DNA of 63,684 nt, counting the filler, from Octopus bimaculoides (Eukaryota), in NCBI RefSeq assembly GCF_001194135.2. It is 3 parts of 3 records of this genome, joined end to end, with 100 filler letters (N's around TTAATTAATTAA, not from the genome) between each part and the next. Parts side by side here need not be neighbours in the genome. Positions count along the whole stretch, not along the records: positions 25,213 to 32,838 come from NC_069009.1; positions 32,939 to 63,684 come from NC_068999.1; 1 more part is not named here. The stretch is one strand, 5' to 3'. Under the pieces are notes generated by a model that worked only from the letters and a program-made list of their open reading frames with translations, was not told where the DNA came from and ran no database searches. Below, in pieces: positions 26,880-39,165 of this stretch. Made by a program: the position numbers and the translations under genes. Every line of letters begins with the position of its first letter. Within the stretch, counting starts at the first letter, position 1.

Positions 26880-27173
26880 TATATTTGAAGTGAGACCTAG
26901 ATTTGAACCACAAATTCTCAGTTGTCAGGTCCATACCATGCCTCGATCACGTTTTAGTCATGCTGTCTGTCTTGATTATCAACCAATCAGCTTACATCGA
27001 TATCATGCCATATCACAAACTTAATCAAATGTTCTGTGCACCATTTTCTTAATATTAAGATTAAAGCAAATTCACCCCAAGAACAACTGCAGAGACTTGA
27101 GAGGCACCAGAGAACAGGATGTATCTTCACTTCTTGCCAAGCAGTAAGTTTTCCTTTGCTGAAATTTCCCCAA

Positions 27174-27260
27174 GACACCTGATGAAGACTGGAGGGTATA
27201 TCAGCCGAAACGACGTGTTAACAACAAACAAGATGAGGACAAATATCCGTCAAATGTAAA
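27174..27260 (+). mobile_element. Penelope-like terminal fragment with a minimal hammerhead-ribozyme-like motif
   Basis: gacac-CTGATGA-a-gactg(gagggtatat)cagcc-GAAA-cgac-gtgtt: stem I, core, stem II, GAAA; the U of the cleavage triplet is missing. Confidence 0.6.
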
Positions 27261-27546
27261 ACCATCATTGTTACACCAATTATCAGTGAATGTTTTATAT
27301 GGTGTACAATGAAGTAGTGTAGTGCTGTGTGCGCGCGCGTGTGTGTGAGAGTGAGAGAGAGAGAGAGTGCGTATGTACTGGTTGTTTCATAATGTCCAGA
27401 AACATATATGAAGAGACCATTTCAAATTGAGAGAGAAGTGACACAGAGAAAGAGAGAGAAAAGCAAAAGAGAGAGGAGAGAGAGAGACTGACAGACAGAA
27501 AAACTTTTGTGGCCTCAGCCATGAAGTTAACTAACTGTTTACCTAC

Positions 27547-27692
27547 CTGTTTACTGAACTTGCATTACCAGTCATTGACTTTTTCCGAATGAAATCTTGA
27601 AGTAACAAATGGTAAAAGTCTGTATCATCAAAGATCTCTGTTTCTCGTGTGTTCTTGTCTTGTGCTTCTTTGCTGATAGCTACAGAATCATC
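27547..27692 (-). CDS. AATF: AATF/BFR2 exon
   Basis: ttacag|gat...aacag|gtaggt; DDSVAISKEAQDKNTRETEIFDDTDFYHLLLQDFIRKKSMTGNASSVN matches [21 protein letters not shown]; 146 nt, phase 0/2. Confidence 0.95.
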
Positions 27693-29431
27693 CTGTAATA
27701 ATAATAATAACAATAATGGCAGCGAGATAGGAGAGTATTGTAGTTCGCTTGAAGCATTGTGTATTGTTTCGGAGACTCCAGCAAATAAGATCTGAAGAAG
27801 GAATTCTAATTCCGAAATATCATCGGACTACAGTTTACCAAGTTACAACAGGTATACAGTCCATTTTTTGTTCTATATTGCATTGTTATACCTTCCTAAA
27901 CTTTTTATTCTTCACAAATATGTAAGGCAGAATTTAAACACTATTATACTTTTGTTTAAATGCTTTCATTATTTAATTCTTTTGTTGTTGTTTTTTTTTC
28001 CAAGAGAAAGTGACCGTTGCCAGTACCGCATGACTGGCCTTCGTAGGATTTTCGAGCGAGATCGTTGCCAGTGCCCCCGGACTGGCTCCTGTGCAGGTGG
28101 CACATAAAAGACACCATTTTGAGCATGGCCGTTGCCAGTACCGCCTGACTAGCCTTCATGCGGGTGACACGTAAAAGCACCCACTACATTCTCTGAGTGG
28201 TTGGCGTTAGGAAGGGCATTCAGCTGTAGAAACTTTGCCAAATTAGATTGGAGCCTGGTGTTGCCATCCGGTTTCACCAGTCCTCAGTCAAATCGTCCAA
28301 CCCATGCTAGCATGGAAAGCTGATGTTAAACGATGATGATGAAATAATGGCAGCAATTTTGGGGGAAGAGATGACTCGATTACATCAACCCCAGTGTTCA
28401 ACTGGTACTTTTTTGATCGACCCCAAATAGATGAAAGGTAAAGCTGATCTTGGAAGTATTTGAACTCAGGACATAACAACAGGCAAAATACTTTTAAGCA
28501 TTTTGTCCAAAGATAGATGGATTGATAAAAACAAAGAAAGATAAATAAACAAATAGACAGACAGACAGAGAAAGTGATGGAAAATATTTCAACTATTACC
28601 TCTATGATATCTTCTTTTTTACTTGTTTCAGTCATTGAACTACAGCCATGCCTTAAAGGGTTTTAGTCGAATGAATTAACCACAGTAGTTTTTGTTAAAG
28701 CCTGGGAATCATTATATCGAACCCCTTTTGCCAAACTGCTAAGTTACCAGGATGCAAACAATCAACATTGATTACTGAGCAGGGACACACACACACATGC
28801 TATTGGCACAGGAGCCATTCAGGTATGTGTGTGTGTGTGTGTGTGTGTGTATTGTTCCCTCTTTCTTGCCCTTCCTTCTGGCTAGGTAACCATGTATCTC
28901 CTTTACATCAGGACACCTGCATCTGTCCTCATCATCATCGTCGTTTAACGTCCGCTTTCCATGCTAGCATGGGTTGGACGATTTGACTGAGGACTGGTGA
29001 AACCAGATGGCTACACCAGGCTCCAATCTGATTTGGCAGAGTTTCTACAGCTGGATGCCCTTCCTAATGCCAACCACTCCGAGAGTGTAGTGGGTGCTTT
29101 TACGTGTCACCCGCTCGAAGGCCAGTCAGGCGGTACTGGCAGTGTTTAGTAAGAAATGAAGTAGAATTGGTATTACATGTGAAGAAAATGGTATTACAAT
29201 GGGATATAAACTGCAGCATGTGATAACGGACAGGATATGAGGTGGAGTATGGGATCAGGAAAGGATATCAAATGAATGATGCAAAATTGGGACAGGATAT
29301 CAACTGAATTATGAGATTGGGACTGGATATTATCTGAATTATCGGAATGGAAGAGGTTTTCAATAGTATAGGCCTGATGGATCAGGCTAATTTCAAGTAT
29401 TACAGCAACAATGACAACAACAACATGGCCA

Positions 29432-29552
29432 ATTCTTGTTAATTCTATCTCTCTCTACATGTTCCTCCTCTACAGCAAGACACCTGCATCTGCCCTCATT
29501 CTTGTTAATTCTATCTCTCTCTACATGTTCCTCCTCTACAGCAAGACACCTG
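29432..29552. repeat. 55-bp exact direct repeat (2 copies, period 66)
   Basis: attcttgttaattctatctctctctacatgttcctcctctacagcaagacacctg at 29432-29486 and 29498-29552. Confidence 0.9.
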
Positions 29553-30948
29553 TTTCTGTCTCGCTGTCACCTTCTAGCCTTTCATCATCTGACACAGGAT
29601 CGTCTCCGCCAATGACATTCCTCTCTCAAAAGATGTTTGTCGTGCAAGTTTCTTAGTGACCATGCTGGTGCTATGGAAAAAGCATCCAGTCCACACTGCA
29701 AAGTGGTTGCTGTTTGGGAGTGCATCCAGCAGTAAAACCCATGTCAAAATTGACCTTGCCTGTGCTGGTGCCACGTAAAAAGCACTCGGTCCACTCTGCT
29801 GGGAGGTTGGTGTTAGGAAGAGCATCCAGCTGTAAAAGCTATGCTAAAACAGTCACAGAAGTCTGGTGCAGTCTTCTGCCTGGCTAGTTCCTGTAAAACC
29901 ATCCAACCCATGCCAGCAAGGGAAGAGGATGTTAAACGATTGAGAAGACTTGGCAAGTGAAGTGAGATCATAGCCGTGGCTAACACCAGTGTCACACAAC
30001 CGGCCCATTTAAGAGTATACTTCAATCATTGGGCAATATGCTGTGCTTGAGAAGACCTGTTGAATCAAGTGAAGTCATTGTCGTGGCTGATGCCAGTACC
30101 GCATGACTGGTACCTGTGCTGGTGGCACTGAAAAAGCACCATTCAAGCGTGGTTGATGCCTGTCCCACTGGACTGGCTCCCATGCTGGTGGCACATAAAA
30201 AGCACCATACAAGCGTGGCCGATGCCAGTGCTGCCCGACTGGTCTCGTGGTGGTAGCACGTAAAAAGCACCATTTGAGCATGGTCATTGCCAGTGCCACC
30301 TGATTAGCTCTCGTGCCAGTAGCATGTAAAAAGTACCATTTGGGTGTGGTCAGTGCCAGTGCTGCCTGACTGGCCCCTGTGCCGGTGGCACATAAAAAGT
30401 ACCCACTACACTCTCAGAATGATTGGTGATAGGAAGGGCATCCAGCTTTAGAAACCTTACCAGTCCTCAATCAAACCATGCAGCCCATGCCAGCATGGAA
30501 AGCGGATGTTAAAAGATGACGATGATGATGATGGTGGGCTTCTTTCAGTTTCCAGTCTACCAAATTCATTCACAAGGCTTTAGTCAGCCTGAAGCCCAAG
30601 AAGACACTTGGCTTAAGTGGTATGCAGTGGGACTGAGCCCGGAACCATGTGGTTGAGAAGCAAAATTTTTATCAGACAGCCATGCTTGTGCCTATATACA
30701 CACACATCATGCATGTATAAAACACAATCTACATGACTGTGTTTATCAACAAGCAGACTGAGATAATGTAGAATTAATAGTCCATACCATCTACAAACAG
30801 AAACACCTGTCAGAGGAGCTGTTACCCAGCATTTATGTCCCCCAACAGATTTTAATATCTTAATCTGATATTGAGCCCTGGGACGTCAGTAGATGACCAA
30901 CCACCAATGAAATGGTTAAAGTGAGAGGAACTAAGGCTAAGTACTTAC

Positions 30949-31053
30949 CCTGTCATCCGTGATGGACTCTTCCTTGTCGGGCTGACCATAGATCTTGTAT
31001 GATGACCGTTGAATCTGGGTGCGTTTTATTAGCCGTTCTTTGTCATATAAAAC
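30949..31053 (-). CDS. AATF: AATF/BFR2 exon
   Basis: ttccag|gtt...agg|gtaagt; VLYDKERLIKRTQIQRSSYKIYGQPDKEESITDDR matches [23 protein letters not shown]; 105 nt, phase 0/0. Confidence 0.95.
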
Positions 31054-31118
31054 CTGGAAATAGGAACACAACTGGTGTATAAACAAGACATGCCTATATA
31101 CAGAAAGATCCAATAGAG

Positions 31119-31359
31119 CAGGGGTCGAGGAATTTCAAGCAATTAACCCAAAATATATTTATTTAATCAATGTTACCCCCTTAATTTGAAAGGAAGAAAA
31201 TGAGATTCTTTGAATTCAAAAGGTTGATTGAATCTGTTTATATGTCCATTACATTGGACAGATACAGTGCTGCCAGAAGAATAATTTCTGTCCTCATCAC
31301 CCCTAAAAATTTCATTTTTACCCCACTTGGGATAATTTACCCTGGTTAGCTGACCCCTG
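31119..31359. mobile_element. hAT (Charlie-like) MITE
   Basis: Ends CAGGGGTC...GACCCCTG flanked by an exact 8-bp TSD caatagag (31111-31118, 31360-31367). Confidence 0.9.
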
Positions 31360-31604
31360 CAATAGAGGTAGAATCAAAAATTTATCGACCCCGAAAGGAC
31401 GAAAGGTAAAGTTGACCGTAGCAGAATTTAAACTCAGAACACAGCGATGGGCGAAATACTTGTAAGCGTTTCATCCAGTGTGCTAACAATTCTGCCAGCT
31501 AGCCATTTTGACAATTCTGTGGTGTAGAAGAAGAAGAAGAAGAATTAGAAGAAGAATTGGAAGAAGAAGAAGAATTGGAAGAAGAAGAAGAAGAAGAATT
31601 GGAA

Positions 31605-31636
<32 letters not shown>

Positions 31637-31922
31637 TTTATAGGATTGAGGTAACTCCTTCAGAAGATGCTGTAAACTTATAAGTGTTATTATTATTTAC
31701 AAATAACACACGTGTGTATACATCATGATGATGATGTGTGCATATGCTTGTGTGTGTGTGTATGTCTGTATATTCATGATGATGCGGATATCACAGACTT
31801 TGTACCTAAAGCAACAGCAGTCATCCCCTACTATTATTCACACACCTATGCACCCCTATTTCCAAGGGAGAATTGCACACAGATACACCCATACACACAC
31901 TGGTATTGAACCCCCAACCTAC

Positions 31923-32031
31923 CTGTTCAATCTGTTTTAAAGCTGACTGTTCCAGTGCATTGAAAGACTTTTTGTTGAGTTTCCCTGAGGCGAGCCTGGT
32001 CTTGGTGTCCCATTTCTGTATCACAGCATTA
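31923..32031 (-). CDS. AATF: AATF/BFR2 exon (most 5' one found)
   Basis: cctcag|t...cag|gtaggt; NAVIQKWDTKTRLASGKLNKKSFNALEQSALKQIEQ matches [35 protein letters not shown]; 109 nt, ends phase 0. Confidence 0.95.
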
Positions 32032-32157
32032 CTGAGGGGCAGAACGAGAGAAATGATGAGAGAAGAGGGAGAGAGAGAAAGAGTGTGAGAGAGACATACA
32101 TAGACATATGTAAAGAAATGTGTTGAGTGTCACTTTCTTTCGTTTTTCCACTCACTC

Positions 32158-32202
<45 letters not shown>

Positions 32203-32838
32203 ACTGGTACCAAGCTGCATCAGCCTCTGTCTTTCCCTTGGATAACACCAGTGGTGTAGAGAAGGGGAGGAGGGGCTAGTATGCATGGGTGATTGCCTGT
32301 TTTCCACAAATGACCTTGCTTGGACTTGTGCTTTGGAGGGGAACTTTCCAGATGCAATCCTGTGGTCATTCATGACTGTAGGGGGTCTTTTACTTTATAT
32401 ATATACATGTATGTATATATATATACATATTTATAAATAAATAGATATATATTTATGTAAATGTACATATATATTTATACAATATATATATATATATGTG
32501 TGTGTGTGTATGTATATAGGCTGTGTGTTTGTGAGTGTATGTGTACTGTTATGAGTGTGTTTTACTTGGAAAGAAAAAATAGTGGATTTCATTTGTTGCC
32601 AGTGCCCCTGAACTGGCTCTTGTGCGGGTGGCACATAAAATACACCATTCTGGGCATGGCCGTTGCCAGTACCGCCTGACTGGCCTTCGTGCGGGTGACA
32701 CGTAAAAGCACCCACTACACTCTCTGAGTGGTTGGCGTTTGGAAGGGCATCCAGCTGTAGAAACTCTGCCAGATCAGATTGGAGCCTGGTGTAGCCATCT
32801 GGTTTCACCAGTCCTCAGTCAAATCGTCCAACCCATGC

Positions 32839-32938
32839 NNNNNNNNNNNNNNNNNNNNNNNNNNNNNNNNNNNNNNNNNNNNTTAATTAATTAANNNNNN
32901 NNNNNNNNNNNNNNNNNNNNNNNNNNNNNNNNNNNNNN
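32839..32938. other. Artificial assembly join: 44 N + TTAATTAATTAA + 44 N
   Basis: 12-mer at 32883-32894; same construct as 25113-25212; family C SINE sequence on both sides. Confidence 0.9.
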
Positions 32939-33699
32939 TGGCACATAAAAGACACCATTTCGAGCGTGGCCGTTTTCGTGCGGGTGACACGTAAAAGCAC
33001 CCACTACACTCTCTGAGTGGTTGGCGTTAGGAAGGGCATCCAGCTGTAGAAACTCTGCCAAATCAGACTGGAGCCTGGTGTTGCCATCCGGTTTCACCAG
33101 TCCTCAGTCAAATCGTCCAACCCATGCTAGCATGGAAAGCGGACGTTAAACGATGATGATGAAGACATTGAAGAGGCTCAGGAAGGATAGATCAGAAGGT
33201 TGGGAAATCATATGAATGTGAAGGAGTGGTGAGGAAGGAGATGTAGGGTACATGAGGATGGCAGAGAAAGATAGATATGTAAGATGTTAAAATGGAGTAT
33301 GGCAGAGGTGTGTGATGACTGATCCTGTAGATCTTTTTAAAAACAACAAAAAGCAACATAACCACTTTCATGCATAAAACTAACAATTTGTAAATATGCG
33401 TAATACAATATGTCTACAGAAAAGCATTTAAAGAGAAATACATAAGGAAAAAAATAAGAAGTGTAATATTGGTTTCAAATTTTAGCACAAAACCAGCAAT
33501 TTTGGAGGAGGGGTGAGTCAATTACATTGACTGGTACTTTTTTATTGATCTCAAAAGGATGAAAGGCAAAGTAGACCTTGGCAGAATTGAACTCAAAACA
33601 TAAAGACGGATGAAATGCCACTAAGCATTATGTCTGGCATGCTAACGATTCTGCTAGCCTGCCACCTTAAAGAAATGTACTGTTGTAAAAGTTTATATT

Positions 33700-34060
33700 C
33701 TTGTCACAAAAGATGCTGATCACAGTGTGAGAGATGAGGTTCATGAAATGAGTTACCGAGATGATGAAGAACACTGTCTTCTGTCATCATCAATATCTCC
33801 ATGGTGGGTAAAGAACTTATCCAAAGATGTTTGATATTTACACCACACTACCTCTTTACACTGTTCAGTGTAGGAGCTGGGCTCATTGTAAACTCCTCTT
33901 GTTATTTTTTATGTTACATTCACAGTCAGAATTGCTACCAGCAAAGACTTGCAGTCCTTCATCAATAAGTGCCAATCCTTTAGCAGTATTGCTTGCAGCC
34001 AATTTCAATGAAGTTGGTAGAATTTCTGTATTCTCATCAGGCTCCTGTTCTAGCAGCACA
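33700..34060 (+). mobile_element. RTE-clade LINE 3' fragment
   Basis: Decayed C-terminal RTE sequence including DLQSFINKC. Confidence 0.55.
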
Positions 34061-34691
34061 AGTTCATCACTATCATCATCATCATCATTTAATGTTCATT
34101 TTCCATGTTGGCATGGAAAATGATGGTTTGACTGGAGCTGGTAAACTGGAGAGCTGCACAAGGCTCTACTCGTTTGTTTTGGTACGGTTTCTGCAGCTGG
34201 ATGCTCTTCCTAATGCCAACCACAAGTGTACAGAGTGTTTTTTTACCTGTCATCAGCACTGGCCACAACCGCAATTTCACTTAGCTTGACATGTCTTCTC
34301 TAACACAGCAAATCACCAGAAGTCTTGGGCACTTGTCATTGTCTCCACGAGACTTGACAACCAAAGATCATATTTCATCACTTCATCCCACCTCCTCCAT
34401 AGATTCCCTCCACTTGTTAGATATACTTTCTCTGTGGAATACTACCAACTCAACCACATCATCCTCTGTGATTTCTTCAAACCCTTCATTATTTGCAAGT
34501 ATCACAATATTTTTCCAAACTTAATGTATAAAGTCATGGATACTGCCTGGTTGTATACTTTTCCAAGCACCAAATTAGAGAGTTTCACTTCATTCCATGA
34601 TCCTTTTATCCACAAGCATCCATTATACTGAATTTCTTCCAGAAGTGCAAAACCCTGTTACCTGACGTAGTTGTCACACAAGGGATGCCTC

Positions 34692-34722
<31 letters not shown>

Positions 34723-35449
34723 AAGTGTAAATGAGAGATGATCATTTTAATGTCCACTTTCTGTACTTGCATGGGTTAGATGGAATTTGTTGAGGCAGAT
34801 TTTCTATGCCTGGATGCTCTTCTTATTGCCAACCTTCACCTGTTTCTGAGCCACATTATATTTCCCCATGCCCTGACGTTTTTTACAGATGCCTATCAAT
34901 GTCCCAGAGATATACATCCTTAGAAGTATGTATCTTCCAAGTTCTTAATTGTTACTGCTGAACAACTTGGTTGTTCCATTCTCATGTTGCATACTCTTTG
35001 GAATTATCGTTGTCTCTGTTTTTTTGCTGTTAAGAACTTGGACCCTCTTTTCACTATTATTGCTAGTTGTAGTTGTTTGCATGTATTTCTCTTTTGTGGC
35101 TGTGACTGTCATCTGCATAGTGGTTAACAGTAGGAAAAACAGTGGTGGTTGTAGAACATATATAGCTTTCAAATTTTGGCAGAAGCCCAGCAGTTTCTGG
35201 GGAGGGAGTTAGTCGATTACATTGATCCCAGTGCTCGGCTGGTACTTATTTTATCAACCCCAGAATTTGAACTCAGTAATTCTGTCAGCTCACTTCCTTG
35301 TGGTTATGGAACATATATTGGCAACAAACAAAAGCAATAAGAATTAGAAATTCAGTAGGACAATATGAGAAGATTAAGAGAGGTGAATGATAGGTGTGTG
35401 TTGTCACCAAACCTGTATTCACCCTACACTGAAATAATTATGTAATCAA

Positions 35450-36130
35450 TTGAACATCTATCAGGTATCCAGATAGGAGGACAAAACCTCAACAATATCT
35501 ATTATGCAGATGACACAACCCACATTGCAATAACCGAAAGATCTACACATATTAGTATTTGCAATGATGGGAGTGAAAAGATGAACCTAGGTCTTAACAG
35601 CAAAAGACAGTGACAAAACAATCTCAAATGAAAATACATCAATTTTGTCAAATATTCGAGAACCATCATTACATTAGATGGAAAAACATCAAAGAAATTA
35701 AGCCATGACATGCTATTTTCAAACAGCTGTTCAGATAAACAGCTATCAATAAAATTGAGGAAAAGAGTCTTAAAGACATTCATAGAACCCATTCTTGCAT
35801 ATGGTAAATGCAAAAGTTTATCAATGCTCCAGAGATATGGTTCCTTTGCAGAATACTGAAGGCGTCCTATACAAATAGTGACAAACATTGACGGCCTTAA
35901 AACAGTAAAGACTATCAAAAGGCTTCTCGATGACATAGAGAGACAATAGGCTCAGTTCACTGGGTATCATATGAGAAGAAAAAGCCTTGAGCATTTGATA
36001 ACAACCAGGAAACTGTAAAGAAGACAGAGGAAGAAGATACTCAATGACTTTACCAACTGGCTTTCAGGAAGACCAGCTCAATGAAGTTATGTGTGGGACA
36101 GGGAGCACGGTGATCACCAACGCCTGTAGG
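35450..36130 (+). mobile_element. RTE-clade LINE fragment (RT and C-terminus)
   Basis: GIQIGGQNLNNIYYADDTTHIA (YADD motif) followed by decayed thumb/C-terminal sequence. Confidence 0.8.
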
Positions 36131-36461
36131 CATAGCACATGAAATAAATTAGAAAAAGGAAAACACTTTATAATTTTAAAAATTGCTTCACTTTGCTTGT
36201 TCTTATTATCTAATGGAAAATATTACCAGAGCTGTTTCTATTATTAAATAATTTACTTCATAAGAAGGAAATGTTGTCAGGAAATATATGTTCTGAAAGA
36301 GATATTTATTTAAAATGAAATACTGCAACATGAATAAATGATAGAATATAGATAGTTGTAAACTAGGTTTGCAATATAAATTTATTTGCACTAGGTTATT
36401 TTAGTTTTAATAGAAAACAGTTATTTTGTTTTAATAATTGCTGGTTTATTGATATTTGCAG

Positions 36462-36567
36462 GAAATAACAGAAGAGTTTGAAAAAGATTGGATGTGTACT
36501 TTAGCTGCATTAAAAACTAAAGATCCTAAAATATATGATAAGAATGTTAAATTCTTTCAAGAAACTG
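36462..36567 (+). CDS. KRI1: KRI1 homolog exon (most 5' one found)
   Basis: ttgcag|gaa...actg|gtgagg; EITEEFEKDWMCTLAALKTKDPKIYDKNVKFFQET(G) matches KRI1 [23 protein letters not shown]; 106 nt, phase 0/1. Confidence 0.92.
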
Positions 36568-39097
36568 GTGAGGAAGTTATCTGTTTTTCGTTTCTATAAT
36601 TTTTTTGTATATGTTTCTAGAGTGAATTCTTAAGGTTTCTGAACCCAAAAACTGACGTGGTATTGTTTGGCAAAATCATTAGAACATCAGACAAAATACT
36701 TTGTGGTAAAATATTGGCAATTCAAATCACCCCCAAAGTTAGGGTTGATAAAGTACCAGTTAAATACTGGGGTCAGCATTATCTACAAAACTACTGGCCA
36801 TACAAACAAGAAATCATCATAATCATTATTTCTATTGCCACTCAGTTTGCATGGTTTCAGGTTTTTTTGTTTGTTTGTTTGTTTGTTTTTTTTTTTATAT
36901 TACATGCTGGTGCCACATAAAAAGTACCCAGCACATTCAGTAAAGTAGTTGGTGTTAGGAAGAGTATCCAGCCATAGAAACCAAGCCAAATGAGACTAGA
37001 ACCTGGTGCAGCTCTCTGGCTTGCCACCTCTGGTCAGACCATCCAACCCATGCTAGCATGGAAAACGGATGTTAAAGGATGATGATTACATATACAGAAT
37101 TGCTAATTTGCTATTACTGTTTCATTTTTTTTTTTCTTCAATTTCCTTTCATTTTATTTTTGCCTCATTTTACTAGTAAAAGACAACACTAAAAGATTTC
37201 CGGCTTAGACAGTGACTTGCAGAACCAAGCATCTGTGTAACAAAAGAGCCACTGTATTATCATTGTTGTTTACACTGTCATCGTCATTGCCTCTGCTTTA
37301 GCTGCTGTTGTTGTTCTTGTTGTAAGGTGGTGGGCTGGCAGAATCACTATCACACCAGACAAAATGCTTAGTGATATTTCATCCATCTGTATGTTCTGAG
37401 TTGTTGTTGAGGTGGGAGTGGAGACTGAGCTGGCAAAATCATTAACACACTGGACAATGCTTAGTGGCATATTGTCCATCTTTACATTCTGAGCTCAAAT
37501 TCCAATAAGATATAGTTAGCCTTTTAATGTTTTTGAGATTGATAAAATAATTACCAGTTCGATGTAATGAACTTTCCTCCTCCAAAATTTCAGGCCTTAT
37601 GTCTATGGTAGAAAATATTGTCGCTAGTTGGCAGAAACATTAGCATGCCGGACAAAATGTTTAGTGCCACTAAACATTTTGTCCGTCTTTACATTCTGAA
37701 TTAAAATTCCACTTAGGTTGGCTTTACCTTTCGTCCTTTCAGGGTTGATAAAATATGTATGTTAAGCAGTTGCTGTAATCAACTTTGCCCCTTCCCCGCA
37801 AAAATTCAGGCCTTGTGCCTGTATTTTGTTTTAGTCGTAAGACTGCGGCCATGCTGGGGCACCACCTTGAAGAATTTTTAGTTGAATAAATCAACCTCAG
37901 TACCTTATTTTTTTCAAACCTTGTACTTATTCTATTGGTCTCTTTTGCCAAACTGTTAAGTTACGGGGACTTAAGCATGCCAACACCAGTTGTCAGGGAG
38001 TGGTGGGGGACAAACTAAGGACACACACACACACCATATATATGATGGGCTTCTTTTACTTTCCGTCTACCAAATCCACTCACTAGGCTCTGGTCAGCCT
38101 GAGGCTATAGTGGAAGACACTTGCCCAAGGTGCCACCCAGTGGACTGAACCCAGAACCATATGATTGGGAAGTGATCTTCTTGCCATACACCCATGTCTG
38201 TGCCTATGGTAGAAAGAATTATTATTATTTATTTCATCCATCTTCATGTTCTGAGTTCAGATTCGTCCGAGGTTGATATAATCAACTAGTCCCTCACACA
38301 AAATTTCAAGGCCTTGTCCCTTCAGGAAAGAATTATTATTATTATCATTATTATTATTACTATTATTATTATTATTAAGACTGTGAACTGGCAGAATTGT
38401 TAGCATGTCAGACTAAATGCTTGGTGGCATTTTGTCTATCTTCACGTTCTAAATTCAAATTCCACTACAGTTGACTTTGCATTTCATCCTTTCGGGGTTG
38501 ATAGAATAAGTACCAGTTGAGTACTCGGGTCGATGTAATTGACTATTCCCCTTCCCCAAATTTCGGGCCTTGTACCTATAGTAGAAAGGATTATTTTTAT
38601 TATTATTGTCATTGTTGTCATCATCATAACTATCCCTATTATTGTTGCTCTGTTCTGTTGTTTCATGGGACTGGTGCTGTTCCCAGTTTAATTATGCTTT
38701 TTATTGAACCACAGCTCATTCTCTAGAATGAGGAGCATTTTGTACTTTGTTTACATAAAAGATTTTTCAGCTCTCATATCTATTCTTATTGAGGATTCTG
38801 TAGATCATTCTTACTGAACTTGGTAAATATATATTTCTGGACTTCACTGTCTCCCAAATTAAGATTATTTTTCAAAATTTACTCTCAAGTCATTTGTCAC
38901 TGTTTCTAAGGGCATTCTAGTAATCAGCAGTGTCATGACCTTGTTAACTTCTTTGTTCCAGTACTTGAAAACTTCATACTTCAAGTCAGTAAAATACTTG
39001 AGTTTCTTTTCCTGTTTTTTTTTTTTTTTTTCATTGTAACTGATGTGCATACTACATCAGTTGCCCAGCATGCTAACAATTCTGCCAGCTCACTGCC

Positions 39098-39165
<68 letters not shown>

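Noticed and set aside
27505-27546. Minus-strand KQLVNFMA just after an AATF exon, resembling the missing terminal AATF motif (KLxxFMAP)
   Set aside because: It lies upstream of the GRKLR exon (wrong order), read-through hits TAG at once, there is no usable acceptor, and the Pro is absent; most likely chance.
30082-30405. CRISPR-like look of hairpin-containing tandem units
   Set aside because: The units are contiguous diverged repeats without unique spacers, inside a eukaryotic SINE, with no cas genes.
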